The position numbers and the translations under genes are program-made. A DNA stretch of 60,399 nucleotides, filler included, from Basidiobolus ranarum (Eukaryota): the NCBI GenBank assembly GCA_040143965.1. It is 9 parts of 9 records of this genome, joined end to end, with 100 filler letters (N's around TTAATTAATTAA, not from the genome) between each part and the next. Parts side by side here need not be neighbours in the genome. Positions count along the whole stretch, not along the records: positions 6,739 to 13,374 come from JASJQH010008156.1; positions 13,475 to 20,102 come from JASJQH010008157.1; positions 20,203 to 26,824 come from JASJQH010008158.1; 6 more parts are not named here. One strand, written 5' to 3'. Position 1 is the stretch's first letter, and every line of letters begins with the position of its first letter. Under the pieces are notes generated by a model. It was not told the DNA's origin. It made no database searches and saw only the letters and a list, made by a program, of their open reading frames with translations. Shown in pieces: positions 12,151 through 24,928 of this stretch.

Positions 12151-13374
12151 ATGGTGGGAGCGTCTGGAGTCGACGGTTCTGCCGACTCAAATGAAGCATT
12201 TATCACTTTTCTTATATACTGTTTAGTAGTTGTTACAGTCGTTTTTTTGTTGTTTTTGGTTTTGAATCGAGTGTTTGCACAAATCTTATCCAAGATAATT
12301 AATATGTATACTTGGAAAAAATACCGGGCGTATTTTGAAATAGGTGAGGAAGATGAATATTTTACAGAGCTAACTTTCTATTGTATTTCAGCTTACTAAC
12401 CTAAACTTTGAATGTTGTACAACCGAATGGACAATAGATTCCCTTCAATTTTCTTTATTGGGTGGAAGAGTACTTTTTAAGAATTTTCGTTATTACTCCC
12501 GGAACCAATCGATCTTTATACTACAAGGGCACATTACTTTTCGGTATTGGTTTCTAAGAGTTCGAGAGGAAAAAAGTAGTGAAACGTTAAGCGAATCAAG
12601 CATTCCAGATAATGCCACTTTTCAAGAGCGACGAGAAGGTGATTATAATTTTACTATCCAGGTCAAGTACTTTCGACCTAATTATTTCTGGTTTTATTAA
12701 TATAGGAAAGGAGCCGCCTTGCCGAATCAAGTGTGAAGTAAAAGGCTTAGAGTGGTTTATGTACAACCGAACTCCTGTGTACGATATTATAGAGGAAATC
12801 ATCAATCCGACGTTGAATCGGGATAGTTCAGTGTTGCAAGGCTTCGATTGTGGTAATAGTGAAGAAAACATTACAGGTTAGAGATTGTCGGGCATTCTTG
12901 TATACTCTCTTTGCCACCAACAAACCAAAGTATGAGCTAATACAATCCTTATTTGAAAAGTCAACTTTGATGGTGAGATACCACCAGCCGATACGGAGTC
13001 TAGCATGTTTAGAAAGATGCTACCAATTCAATTTGAATGCGATATTGGCTCCATCACAGTTGGGAACAACGATCTGCCCACAATATTGATCACAAATTTT
13101 TCACAAGCTACCGGAGTTTATTCAGCCGCGAAGGTAAGGGATATGTACTTCATCTCGTTCACAAATCCATTCTGTTAAACATTTTCTTTTTCAACTGCAT
13201 ATAGCCTAGCTCTCCACTTGACTATTACAAATCTGTTCTCAACATGGATATTATTAGTCCCAAGATCTCATGTAGAATTAACGTTGATTATAACGGCGAC
13301 GGTGAGTTTTCAATCCTTACTTCTCGCTCCGCTTTGATCAAACGCTAAATAGATCGTGCTTTTCGGCGAATGTT
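12151..13374 (+). CDS. CSF1: Csf1/BLTP1 bridge-like lipid transfer protein, N-terminal part (3'-truncated by contig end)
   Basis: N-terminal TM helix followed by LNRVFAQILS...EI|DSLQFSLLGGRVLFKNFRY...GHITFRYW and CRIKCEVKGLEWFMYNRTPVYD. Confidence 0.88.
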
Positions 13375-13474
13375 NNNNNNNNNNNNNNNNNNNNNNNNNN
13401 NNNNNNNNNNNNNNNNNNTTAATTAATTAANNNNNNNNNNNNNNNNNNNNNNNNNNNNNNNNNNNNNNNNNNNN
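13375..13474. other. Artificial contig linker
   Basis: N44-TTAATTAATTAA-N44. Confidence 0.99.
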
Positions 13475-14108
13475 GGATACACTTTTCTCTATAGTAATGG
13501 AACCATAACTTGGAACAGTAAGAAGTAATAAACCATAGCATGTTCCACTAGAGAAGCAGAGTATACGGCTGCCTCTGCTACTACACAAGAAGCTATGTGG
13601 TTAAGGAAGTTATTTACAGACTTAGGATACATGCAAAAACATGCTAATACTGTATTTGAAGATAATCAAATTTGTATTTCATTAGCTAAAAACCCTACAT
13701 TTCATGCTAGAAGAAAACATATAGATATCATGCATCATTTTGTTAGAGTAGCAATAAAGAATGATATAATTGATTTGTCTATTGCCCTACTGAAGAAATG
13801 ATAGCTGATATCTTGACAAAACCTTTAGCTAAAGCACAAATTGAATTCTTAAGATATGAGCTAAGTTTAAGAGAAATACAAAATAATTAGTGGAGTGGGA
13901 ATGTTGAAATTAGATAAATAGCAACACATTATTTAGTAATAAGTTTATTCATATTCTGATTATTTAGCACTCAATTCTGTCATTCAAAAACGTGTGTTTA
14001 TGTGGGTTGCTCTATATGATAGAAATATCAATTAGATCACTTTTACCAATTTTCACTATTTTCTCAAAACTTCTCCAAATCACCTCAAATTTTCACCCAT
14101 GCTTAACA
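13475..14108 (+). mobile_element. Ty1/copia 3' end: decayed RNase H, polypurine tract and 3' LTR (13902-14108)
   Basis: STREAEYTAAS...WLRKL...EDNQICI...NPTFHARRKHIDIMHHFVR, then the purine tract TGGAGTGGGAA, then TGTTGAA...TTAACA. Confidence 0.85.
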
Positions 14109-14109
14109 G

Positions 14110-17100
14110 GCATGTTTGTTACAATCTAAGCATGTCCAATTGTCCTATTTCATGGTACACTAAAAATATGACATATTCAATTCAATAAAACTTAAGTGTC
14201 CAATTCACAAACCTAAATCTTGTCCAAAACACTTTCAAATCCCTAAACACTTTTATCATTTTATACCCTCCAGGTGCTTCAGCAATCTTTTGCTTGCTGT
14301 TAAGCCTACTGCTAACATTAACACTATGAGAAGTTCCAATGGAAGTTGGAACAATGTGATTCCTAGCTTCTTGTGTTTTGAGTTGTTGAGATGTTTAAAT
14401 GTAATATTTGTTATAAATGACCATGTCCTCTCTTATTACCATATTATCAGGTGTTTATTGGCCCAGAGGTGGTACAAATCTATCAGAGTCTCAGATGGTT
14501 CATCTTTCACACATGATCAAATGAATATTCAGATCCAAAGAAAGGATGCTGGTGATTAAACAGTTACAAATCATAGGCTTTCTAGTATAGGATCATGTCA
14601 AATGAATAAACCTCACCCCTTCTGTCCCAAATCTTTGAGAAGTGAAGGGTACTGACTCCACATGGAGTATCAAAAAAACATTGAAGTTGTCTGAAAAAGC
14701 TAGTAGAATCTGACTGACAGGTAGCAGATTTATAGAGAATAAGTAAGGTGTTAATAAATGCAACCCAAATTATATAGTGTCAGCAACCTCTGAGCCTACT
14801 CCAATTGTTGCCACTGTAGTAACATAGGTTCAATATTGATATGTTATCAAAATACTGTATGTAATCACAGAACTTGTCTGGAATCTGTCATTGAGTCAGA
14901 ACTTCATAAGCTATTGCAAGAGAATGAGCAAGCTGAAAGTGAGAATGATGTAAAACTATATACAGATATGGCATGCAGTAGGGAACCTGACTGACTTTGC
15001 CACCAGGCAAGTATAGAAAGTCACAGGGTGAAAGGCCATATCATGATGCATATTTTTGATACTGCAACACTAATTAATATTGGTTGTTTCCCAGGGCATA
15101 ATTCAAAGCTATGTTCCCTATTTAATCAGATTTGAGATGTATAATAATTTGAAAGCTCTCATTGCTGGTATCCAAAAGCTAACAGTAATAATATGATGAT
15201 ACCAGTGCAATGCCAAAATGCTTGTTATTCTTTGTAGGTATTGTTAATATACTTGAACACATTCCTTAACCACTGCTGCTTTGAGTCTGATTGAGGGCAT
15301 TATAAGCACCTTATATCATCACTATTTGATAATTTCTGTTTAATTATTCACACTTGTCTTACCAATATTATCTAGCCAAGCATATCCTATTATTGCTACT
15401 ATCCCCTATTATTTGATATTTATCAGTATTAATGCATATTAGCACTATTATTTTCTGAAAATTTCTACAATTGTTTAAAACATTCAGTACAATTCTTGGA
15501 ACATTTGATACTCAATTAAATTTTGACCAAGCAAAACTTGATTTTGAATGCAATTCCATGACTCTCTTAGTTATTCTCAAAGGATATTGAAGCCAGTATA
15601 TTCTTTTGTCTGGTATCAGAATATTATTCAACAGAAATTTGGACATTGCATTGGGGTTTATCAGTCCTTGGAAATTTCTAGAAGCTTGCTTACTTTCCTC
15701 AAAGTACAAAGAGTCCAGTGACAGTCCCATATTACAGTACATCCCAGAATTATTCAACCATGGTTATTGCACCCTTTGGATATCTCACAGAACACTTAAG
15801 ATATTGCAATTATAATTGCTGCTGAGAACCTGAAACAATAACAATGCTTCTCATTTGTTCTGGCCTTGATTGACCAAACTGATATTTATTTTGACCTGAA
15901 GGCAAAGTGCTCAAGATGCTTGTAGGTACTTGCTGCATGGATTCTGAATCCACAACTTTGAATGAGAGATTGTATACACTAGTATTGGTCTAGGATATTG
16001 GCATAGGGCTATACTTTTATAAGTAAAAGGATGTTTTAGCTGTGCATTCAACAGATGTTTGGCCAAATCAGTTGGCTAACAATGATGAGGGAAAATAAGT
16101 AGAATTTTATATTGTAAAATAAACATGCTTCAGTTGGTACAAAATGTACAACAACTCTCCTACAGTGAATATTGGGAGGTAGAGTATCAAAGTTTTGGGG
16201 ATAAGTCTGCCTAATTGCATTTATTCATTTGTTGAAGTCAAGGAAGGGAAAGTATCAAATTCTTTGTCTCTGATTACAGCTGGAATAAAGATCAAAATGG
16301 CATGTCCAGAAATTGGAAGAATCCCAACTTAGGATTTTATAAACAGGTTTAAGTTGTGATTATAAAATTTGTTATAAATATATAGCAGCAAACCAATCAG
16401 GACAACATTGAGTATTCTAAATCGAACCAGTTAAAATTCTTTAGTTGCTTGACAAGGAGGGATTTTAGACTGTGTTCTACCAATTTGATTTGGATTCAAT
16501 CTGTATTGCCCATTAATCTTTGTAGGGCAAAGCCTTTAAACACCTTCTATCAAGTTATATCTCACCATCAATTGCTGTCAATCTGTTTGTCAAGTCTGTA
16601 GTTCTGATATTTGGAGCATCAATCCTTACTTCTTATATTCAGTTGTTGTTTGGTATTGTTTGTTCTGCTTTGTCTGCTTGGGTTAAGGCAATTGTCACTA
16701 TCTCTTTTTTTTCAACCAGGGTTTCTGGAGTGTATCAGCTTGTGATAGTATTAGAGGTGCAGGCATATAATGGATTATATGACTTGACTGGGTGAGTTCC
16801 AGGAGCTTAGGAATCTCTGGTAGTGTACAAGAACTAGACCTGCAATACTCTTGTAAATACACAAATATATGTTTTATTATTGTTTGTGACAAGATTACAA
16901 GTTATGAAGACAATGGAGGATAGTTCCCACTGCTACACTAATATTTGGATATATTATAGCCATTTTTAGATCAAACTACTTGCTATGTCCTGATAAGGGA
17001 ACTATTTGACTTCACTTCATTCCTTTTGAGCAAACTGGATGAAACTTTGTTTCATCTCACATTGGGATCTATTTGTTTAATACATTCTAGGTATTCTTGG

Positions 17101-17550
17101 TGATAAGGCTATATAGAATCTCTAGATTATATTTATACTTATCCTGCAAAATTTCAAACTTTGGATATGTTTCCTGATTTGGTTTCCACAAAATAATTTA
17201 ATTTTTCCATATCAGTCATTCAGTTTTACTTGAGACACCAATTTTGGTCCACTTGCATGCTTCAAGATTGTTTGTCAAACTTTCAGGGCTTCCACATATT
17301 ACCAATATAATAAGTTGTATTACCTGTTATTTTGACATACACACTGTGCCTTGCTATGCATTTTTGAAGTTATAGCAATCTCAAATATGTATATGTCCTG
17401 TGGTACCATTCCAGGGGAGCTAAATTGAGTACACAGAGTAGTGATTGCAGCTCACAGATCATAGCTTGTTGATGTAGTTTAATATAGCTATCCAGTTTGT
17501 TCATTTAAAAATCTTCTTCTTGAACCCCATTTAGGAAGGCTTTTTATATA
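14110..17550. repeat. Unidentified heavily decayed, CpG-depleted repeat-like DNA
   Basis: Almost no CG dinucleotides, TG/CA-rich, only short broken ORFs, and located between copia relics. No family recognised. Confidence 0.4.
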
Positions 17551-17629
17551 CATGCAATGCAAATCCAAGTTATGTATGGCAAAGAGTGCGCAAATTTATT
17601 TCCTGACAAAGAAGTGCCTCCTGGTACTA

Positions 17630-18110
17630 GCACAAATGCTTTTATATCAACAGAGAAGCTTGACAGAGTGGATTTTCATATTTGGAAGTTCATAATGCAA
17701 GTAGTGCTAGAGGACAGGAGTCTTCAAGGATTTGATCTGGGAGATGTAACAGAGTTTAAGGAATCATAAGAAGTAAACACTGCCTTTAGCAAAAAGCAGA
17801 GAGGAGGCACTGTCAATACTTTGTCTACATCACCAACATTAACAATTGTGGGACACATATTCCATCAAGGAACACCAAATACTTTTGTTGGTCTAGATTA
17901 GCCATATACATATAGGTTTAGACAATAAGCTAAATCTTAAACAAGTATATACATTACTTTATAAGAGTTTAGATGATTCTATAGCTAAGCATATATATCA
18001 GTTCCAAGCTATTGCTCATCCAATCTCATCAATTAAAGCATCACTAAGTGAAGGTGAAATATTCATCACAGAACTTAGGAGCCTGTCATAGAGGTTTGGG
18101 AAACTCATAA
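17630..18110 (+). mobile_element. Ty1/copia gag (UBN2-type) relic
   Basis: KLDRVDFHIWKFIMQVVLEDRSL and DDSIAKHIYQFQAIA...SLSEGEIFITELRSL resemble copia gag N-terminus and UBN2. Confidence 0.7.
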
Positions 18111-19900
18111 ATGAGTTTCTAGCTAATTTGATACAACTTTGATTATCTTAAAATATGGTAGTTGGTTCATATTGAGAATAGCTTTCAAATGTTAGGAGTT
18201 TTCTTAACCATATTATTTATTTGGTTGCTTCAGAGGCAACCATATATTTTCTTCTGTTTTTCAAAGTGCTGCTGTAGGTTGTTTCTTTGAATTCCAAAAA
18301 ATAGTTTTTTTCCAAATAGAAAAGAATATCCCGATGTAAAATTCCTGTCTCCAATATCTCTTCCACTGCTTGCATCTGAATATCCCATTAGATTAAAATT
18401 TGATTTGGAATAGCTATGTGTTAAGCAATAATTCCACAGTATGTTCAAAATTTGTGCAAATCTACCTAATTGCAATAATTTGATTAGATTCATAATCATG
18501 AAGATATTGGCACATAGCTCCCACAGGACATGCAACATCCAGCCATGTTCAAGCTATTATTTTCATCAAACTATGAAACATAAAGTGATAAGATATTATC
18601 TGGCTTCCATTTGAATCCAAGAGCATCTGATTTGAGTCATTATTGGTCAAGTAAGATTTGTCTCCTTTGGAATAGAGACTGAATTACATTCTTCCATTTC
18701 ATACTCCATTAGTGTATTTACAATATACTTATAATTATATGAAGTTGTTGTTTTGGCATTTCTATCTTGATTTGGATTCAAAGATAGTGTGTTAGCCAAG
18801 TAAGAACAGTGACTTTTCATTTGGCAGAAGAGCTAGATTTTGTTCTCTCCAAAGTCTTCAATTCATTGGCCCAATATAAAGTCCTCTAAAGTTGAGGCTA
18901 ATAAAGCTGGTTTTGTCTTATCTGGCCTGATGTAGACACTCTAGTCAGCATTACTCTGTTGGAATTTCAGAGTTTTCAAAAAAGTGTTTATCTTATTATT
19001 CCAAGTTCTTGGAGATTGCTTATCCCATAAAGTGCATTCCAGAGTCTGCAAGCTTTCAATAAATTCCTGGGTCCACAAATTCATCTGGCTGGTAAATACA
19101 GATCTTCTCAGCAGGCCTACCACTCAAAAATATGGCTTTTATTTTCATTTTGTATATTATGAACTGATATCAAGCTGAAATAGCTGCAATCAATCTATTT
19201 GGATTCAATTTTACTACAGGGCAAATGTGTCTGTATAACATATTCCTGGTGTTTGGAAATAGCTTCTAGCCACAAATCTAGCCTTGTAGCCATTAGAGTT
19301 GTATTTACCTTTAAACACAAATTGGAAGCCTATTGATTTTTTAAAATTAGATCAGTTTGTTAAAATTCAAGTTTGATGATTACTTAGAGATTAGTATTCA
19401 TCAGCTGTTGCAGATGTCCCAAGCTTTGTGTCAAGCCCTTTCAGGGCCTCTTCTATAGTATGGGGCTTATGTACTTGAGCTGTGCAGGCACAGGCCCAAT
19501 TTTGGGACCTATCCATATAGTATTTGAGGCTTTTGCATATCCAATTAAATCTCCAGGTTGGGCATAAGGATGCTACAACTTTTTGCACCATATCGGGCAC
19601 TTCACTTGGCCAAATCTTTGGTAAAGGGTCCATAGGATTCTTGGACTTGATTTACTTAGAAATTTTGATATCACAGAATCTATAGGCCTTTGTTTTACTA
19701 CAACAACCCAGAAATGTGCATTTCTTACTTTCTGATCAAATTTATACCAATTTTTGGTGTTAATTTGGACATAAGCAATGCATCCAAAGACCCTCAAATG
19801 TTTCACAACAGGTTTAACTCCACATAAGCTTGACATGATGTAGAGTTAGACTAGTCTGCTGCAAAACTTCTTATCTTCATATATATAGCTGTAGCAATAG
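18110..19900 (-). mobile_element. Ty1/copia pol relic (integrase tail, RT, RNase H)
   Basis: KPVVKHLRVFGCIAYV, KQSPRTWNNKINTFL and MGYSDASSGRDIGDRNFTSGYSF. Related to the element at 47-51 kb (ACTAQ.H.P segment shared). Confidence 0.85.
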
Positions 19901-19959
19901 ATTTGGCCCAAAGTTACAAGATGGGTTTTGAGCATTTATCATCAATATTGCCATTTCTT

Positions 19960-20070
19960 CCCAGTCCGGTCTTGTCTTGTGGTCTTCACCCAAATACTCT
20001 CCTGCCTTCTAGCCTCTTGTTGTTGTTTCCAGTCCTTGTCCAGTTCCTTATTGTGACAGGTGCTGACCAT
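19960..20070 (-). repeat. Dispersed repeat shared with 26935-27040 (opposite strand)
   Basis: CTCTCCTGCCTTCTAGCCTCTTGTTGTTGTTTCCA... matches the reverse complement of the contig 5 start. Both give LVLSCGLHP.ALLPSSLLLLFP.LVQFLIVT-like translations. Confidence 0.8.
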
Positions 20071-20102
20071 GAAGATATCTTGGAAGAACTTGATACAGAG
20101 TA

Positions 20103-20202
20103 NNNNNNNNNNNNNNNNNNNNNNNNNNNNNNNNNNNNNNNNNNNNTTAATTAATTAANNNNNNNNNNNNNNNNNNNNNNNNNNNNNNNNNNNNNNNNNN
20201 NN
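20103..20202. other. Artificial contig linker
   Basis: N44-TTAATTAATTAA-N44. Confidence 0.99.
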
Positions 20203-20224
20203 ACAAGATGATCCTTTGGTTTCT

Positions 20225-21639
20225 GAGTTAGCTTTACAGCTGCATGAAACAAAACAGCCTAAAATTGTTGCTATAGACTTCCAGCTAGACCTTTGGAAGC
20301 AATACCTTGCCTCTAAGACACCATTCTTGATTCCTATTATTCCAGGTTTTTGTACTATTGTCCATCTAGTTTGTACTGAGTACCTTCCTTTTGCTTACCA
20401 CCTCTGCCCCTCAACACTATATGTACATCCTCTGAACTTGATAACAATGATCATCAAGTTAAGTATGGATGTGATCCAGTATTGTCACAAAATCTTAAAA
20501 GATTAATGTTTTGATTGTCACTTTGTTTAGATTAGTTTTTAAGCTAAATAAAGTCCACACCATATGGTGCTTTTCATCCCCCCAAGAGCAACTATTGGTT
20601 TTCACTTATTGATTTATTGAGTAGAAAGTTGACATTCATAGTTTTATCCAGATGTAAATACACTAATGTGTAGAATGTGTTAAGAAAGGACCTAGCAACA
20701 TGTGTGCAAAGCTTGGGGCTTCTAGCACAAGTTTGAAAAATCTATATATCTGACAACTTCTACATAAATTCCAATTGAGAATAATTGATAATATCTTAGT
20801 GTAATAGAAGGTAACTAAGTACCAGGCTATATATGACTATTTAGGTGTTTAGGCAATGCTAATTTCAACACTTTACAACTGTATCAAACAAAACAGCCCA
20901 AAGTTGTTGCTATAGACTTGCAGCTGGATCTATGGAAGCTATACCCTTCCTCCAAGACACCACTTTTGATCCCCATTATTCAAGGTTTTAGTTCTATTGT
21001 CCATTTTATTGGTACTGAACATCTTCCTTTCTGCATTCCACCTTTGCCCCTGAGCACTATATTTACATCCTCAGAACTTGATTACATTGACCATCAAGTT
21101 AAGTATGGAAATATTTTAGTATTGTCACAATATATCAAGAGATTGATATCTTTATTGTCACTTTGTTTAAATTAGTACATAAGCTGAATAAAGTTCACAC
21201 TACAAGGTGCTTTTCCTCCCCCCTCCACACATTAGTTTGTCTACATCCTGATAAAAGTATAAATGTCAACTTTCTACTCAATAATTCAATTAGTGAAAAC
21301 CACCAATTTCTCTAATTCAAACTACCACTTCCTACACACACCCAAACACTTTAACAGTTTTCACTTATTGATTGGATGGTTGACATATATTTTTTTGTCA
21401 AAATGTAAGCAAACCTGCATTTTGGATGTGTTGAAGAAGGTCTCAGGGACATGTGTGCAGAGTTTGGGGCTTCTAGCACAAGTTTGAAAAATATATATAT
21501 CCAAGAACTCCCAAGTTGGTAAAAATATTCTAAGTAAATTACAATTGAGAATAATGGGTGATGTATTACTGAAATATAGGATAACTAAATACTAGGCCAT
21601 ATATGACTATATAGGTGCTTAGGCAATGCTAATTTCAAC
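20225..21639. repeat. Alternating array of two repeats: unit A (~20225-20582, ~20872-21222) and reverse copia LTR (~20595-20870, ~21355-21639)
   Basis: Unit A copies align (AAACAAAACAGCC..AA.TTGTTGCTATAGACTT). Both LTR copies end GGCAATGCTAATTTCAACA, matching the reverse complement of the LTR start at 50693. Confidence 0.8.
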
Positions 21640-23419
21640 ACATACTGACTTGGACTTAAAATTGAAGTTATTGTTTACAAATTGATGTTTGATTAATTTC
21701 CGTTTTAAGATATGTATTTTAAGTGGCAAAATGGTTTGATTGACTGCAAGTTCGAGGATTCTACCCAATCAGGTTTCTGTATTCTCACTTTATGGTATAA
21801 AATGTCCAACTAATAATAGTAGTGTTTTGCATCCCCCCTCAGTTCGAATAGGTAGTATACAATATATGTAGCGTATGTCAAGATAGTAGATTTTGCTGAT
21901 ATTTGAGCGAGATTGATCGTATTCAATAAAATTGTGTTGAGATTAGAGATTTTACTCGATACATGGGTCGAAACTATCAAATGCTAATATGGGTCGAAAC
22001 TATCAAATGCTAATACATGAATAAGAGCAACTATTTGCGTTATAGTGATTCTCGTGCGTGGAGATATAATGTAGGTCTAGGTTTTTAATTTTGTCACAAT
22101 AATGTGTTAATACTGTACATGGTGTTTTTTCGAAGTAGTAATGTGGGATTGTTATTGATCAAGTGCATGATAGTAAAGCTACTATAAGGTCCAATCAGAA
22201 GCCTATATATAAATATATCCAAATGCCCAAATGCTCGGATTTAAATTGACGTAAAGTGGACATTATCAACATTTCTAACATCTTCCGTCAAAGAAGAGAA
22301 GCCAGAATTTCCAGTAATAGCGTTAATGGAGACATACCAACGTACCCTGCGTATGGTTGCATCTTTGTAGCAGTGGGCTTGGTGGTGGGCTTGTCTGTGG
22401 AATTAAGAAGTGGTCGATTGTCAGCAGTAGGCGAGTTATCGGCAGCAGGTGTGTTATCTGGCATTTAGGATGTAGTGTAGGGTGCTGAGATATCACTTGA
22501 ACTTAATAAAATTGACTAGTTTTGCTTGACACTTCGGACACTCTGAAGCTTTATATGTAGTGTCAAATTTTGACATTGTGCACTCTAACTCCACATCCTC
22601 AGTTTGGATTATTAAAGTAGAATCTCGGTTCCAAAAGTGTTGCACTATGATTCTTGGCATCAATTGATGGGGATTTATAAATAGTTTTGGAGATTTGCTA
22701 AATATGAAGTAATTTAGAACAACCGATAGAATTATCACAAGGGTGAATAACCACTATTGGAGTGGGCTGTAGTGGCATCCATTCATATTGAGGCTGAAGT
22801 GGCATCCATTCATATTGTAAAATGTAAATGAATGTTCTAACTTAATAACTTCATCATCCAGTAAAATGTAAATGAATGTTCTAACTTAATAACTTCACCA
22901 TCCAGTAAAATATCATTGTTTAAGATAAGCGCACTCAATTTACTCAAAGTCAAAGAGCTACTGACAGTTCCCGAGGATGCATGCAAACGAAAGTGGAGAA
23001 ATGCTATGATCTGGAATATAACTGGTAAATACGCATATATGTAGATATTGAAACCTGGAATGCTGTCAACTTTGCAGATTTTCTCTTGGGTAGCTGAAAA
23101 AACATCCATAGTAATATTTGTTAAGATTTCGGAATGTAGGCTCCGATACTCCGATTAAATAACTTTAACCTTCTGATAGAATAGGTGTGGGAAAAGCTGT
23201 TATGTCATATGATTACTACATTTATTCCCCAGATGCTGTAGCAGGGTATTAAGTCATTAGGGCTAGCGAAGAGAAAAGAGAAGAGGTTCAGGTTAGGGAG
23301 AAATATATAGGCTGGACCAGGTTGTATACAGAAAGGAGGTTTCCAATTCGTATGTGAAAAATGAAGAATAATACAATGGGTTAGGGTTAGGGTAACCGTA
23401 TAATAGCATCTACACGGCT

Positions 23420-24928
23420 CTAAACAGTACTGCTAATATCATCAGAGCTCGATGGCTTGTCACCATCCAACTCGACGGCGCGTAGCTGTTTGATCTTATA
23501 TCTGGCCCAGAACATAGAAATAACTCCAGGAATGACAATCCAAGCGGTTATCACTAACCAGTTAATCCACATCTTGTGAGTCAGAGAACCATAAAAGATA
23601 CTGCGAAGACCACGGACACCATAATACATGGGGAAAGCGACACCTATTTTCGCAATACCAGGTTGTAGCGTGTTACTGAGAATGCCACCACTAGTAGTCA
23701 ATTGTAAAACTAAGAAAAGAGTGCCAGGAACCTATGAAAAGTTATGTTAAAATAAGTCAAAGAGTAAAGCAATAAATATATATAACGTTGATCTTACCTG
23801 AAAGCCTTGATCACTGAGGAAGTGTAACATCAGGAACAACAAGCTTAAAAAGGCAAAACTGGTGTACCAAACAAAAGCAATGGCATATCCGGCATTTCTC
23901 CAATCAAATTGATGATTTCTTAGTGACAAAGATGGGATCATGATGGATACGGTCTGGAACAAGGTTAAAATGGCAGCCAACAAGCCCCATGCCATCACAA
24001 CTTGCACAGCAGGGAATCTCCAGGATCGTGAAACCTCTCTCATACGTAGGAATTTGCTCACAATGGTAACAGTCAACAGGCATCCGATATATGAGACAAC
24101 AAAAGCCACATACGATGCGAAGTTAGAGCCATAAGCTTGGACAGGGTGAAGAATTGTCTCGTGCACTTGAAAGAAATCGATCCAGAATGTAGGATCAAAT
24201 ACTTTGACTATTGTAGGCCCTGCTTCACTTGTTAGAAATTTTTTGGCCAAGGTTGAAGAGAAGGAATCGAATGCTATTGTTCTCGTCTGGCGAATGAAAC
24301 TTTGCGTATTATAGTTACGTCCTTGATCAAATATCCATTCTACCTCCCAAGGCTTGCGAGCTGTGGGATTTGTGGCCGAATAGAAGTTTTGTGAAAAATT
24401 GCTAGGGATATACAACAACGCCCAGTAGTCACCATGATTTACAGTTTCGACAGCCTCGTCTCTAGACGTGATATCAGGTAAGTTACTCCACTTGAATATA
24501 TGATTTAAGGGAAGCTCTGGGTCCATTATAGTGCTTTCCAACATTGCTCCTGCGGAGTGACCACTAAATAGCCCAGCCATGAGTTGTTGAAGTTCAACGG
24601 GAGCACCCGCCATGTCAAACCCTTTATCTTGATTCACCAATGCCACTTCTAGGTGTGATATGCGGCCCAAAGGATTCCAAAGCAATCCAGCGTATATCCA
24701 TTGATAACTAAGTGTGACTAGGAATATGACGAAGCCAACTAGGACTAGGGATTTTGTAATCAAGTGAGGTAAAACAATGTATTGCGGGAAGAGCTGGCTG
24801 AATGTTCTTTTGAGTCTTTTGTTCCTCTCTTGAATTTCTTCGACGGTTTCTTGCCCTGAGATTTGAGGAATGGTTTCATGCATCTCCGTACCTCGATCCT
24901 TTTCTAGGGCTACTACTCCGCTTGTCAT
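23420..24928 (-). CDS. YhgE/Pip-like (DUF3533/Sng1-like) multi-pass membrane protein, 2 exons
   Basis: One N-terminal TM, then LWNPLGRISHLEVALVNQDKG, AVETVNHGDYWALLYIPSNFS, WIFDQGRN and ~6 C-terminal TMs including PMYYGVRGLRSIFYG. A GT-AG intron at 23797-23732 joins the two ORFs in frame. Confidence 0.8.

Noticed and set aside
20216-21487. Paired 85-96 aa ORFs in unit A repeats
   Set aside because: They lie in CpG-depleted LTR-like repeats, start at non-ATG codons and have no domain. The similarity reflects DNA duplication only.
23378-23397. GGGTTAGGGTTAGGGTAACC telomere-like motif
   Set aside because: Only ~2.5 units, lying in a 3' UTR region. Too short to call an interstitial telomere.
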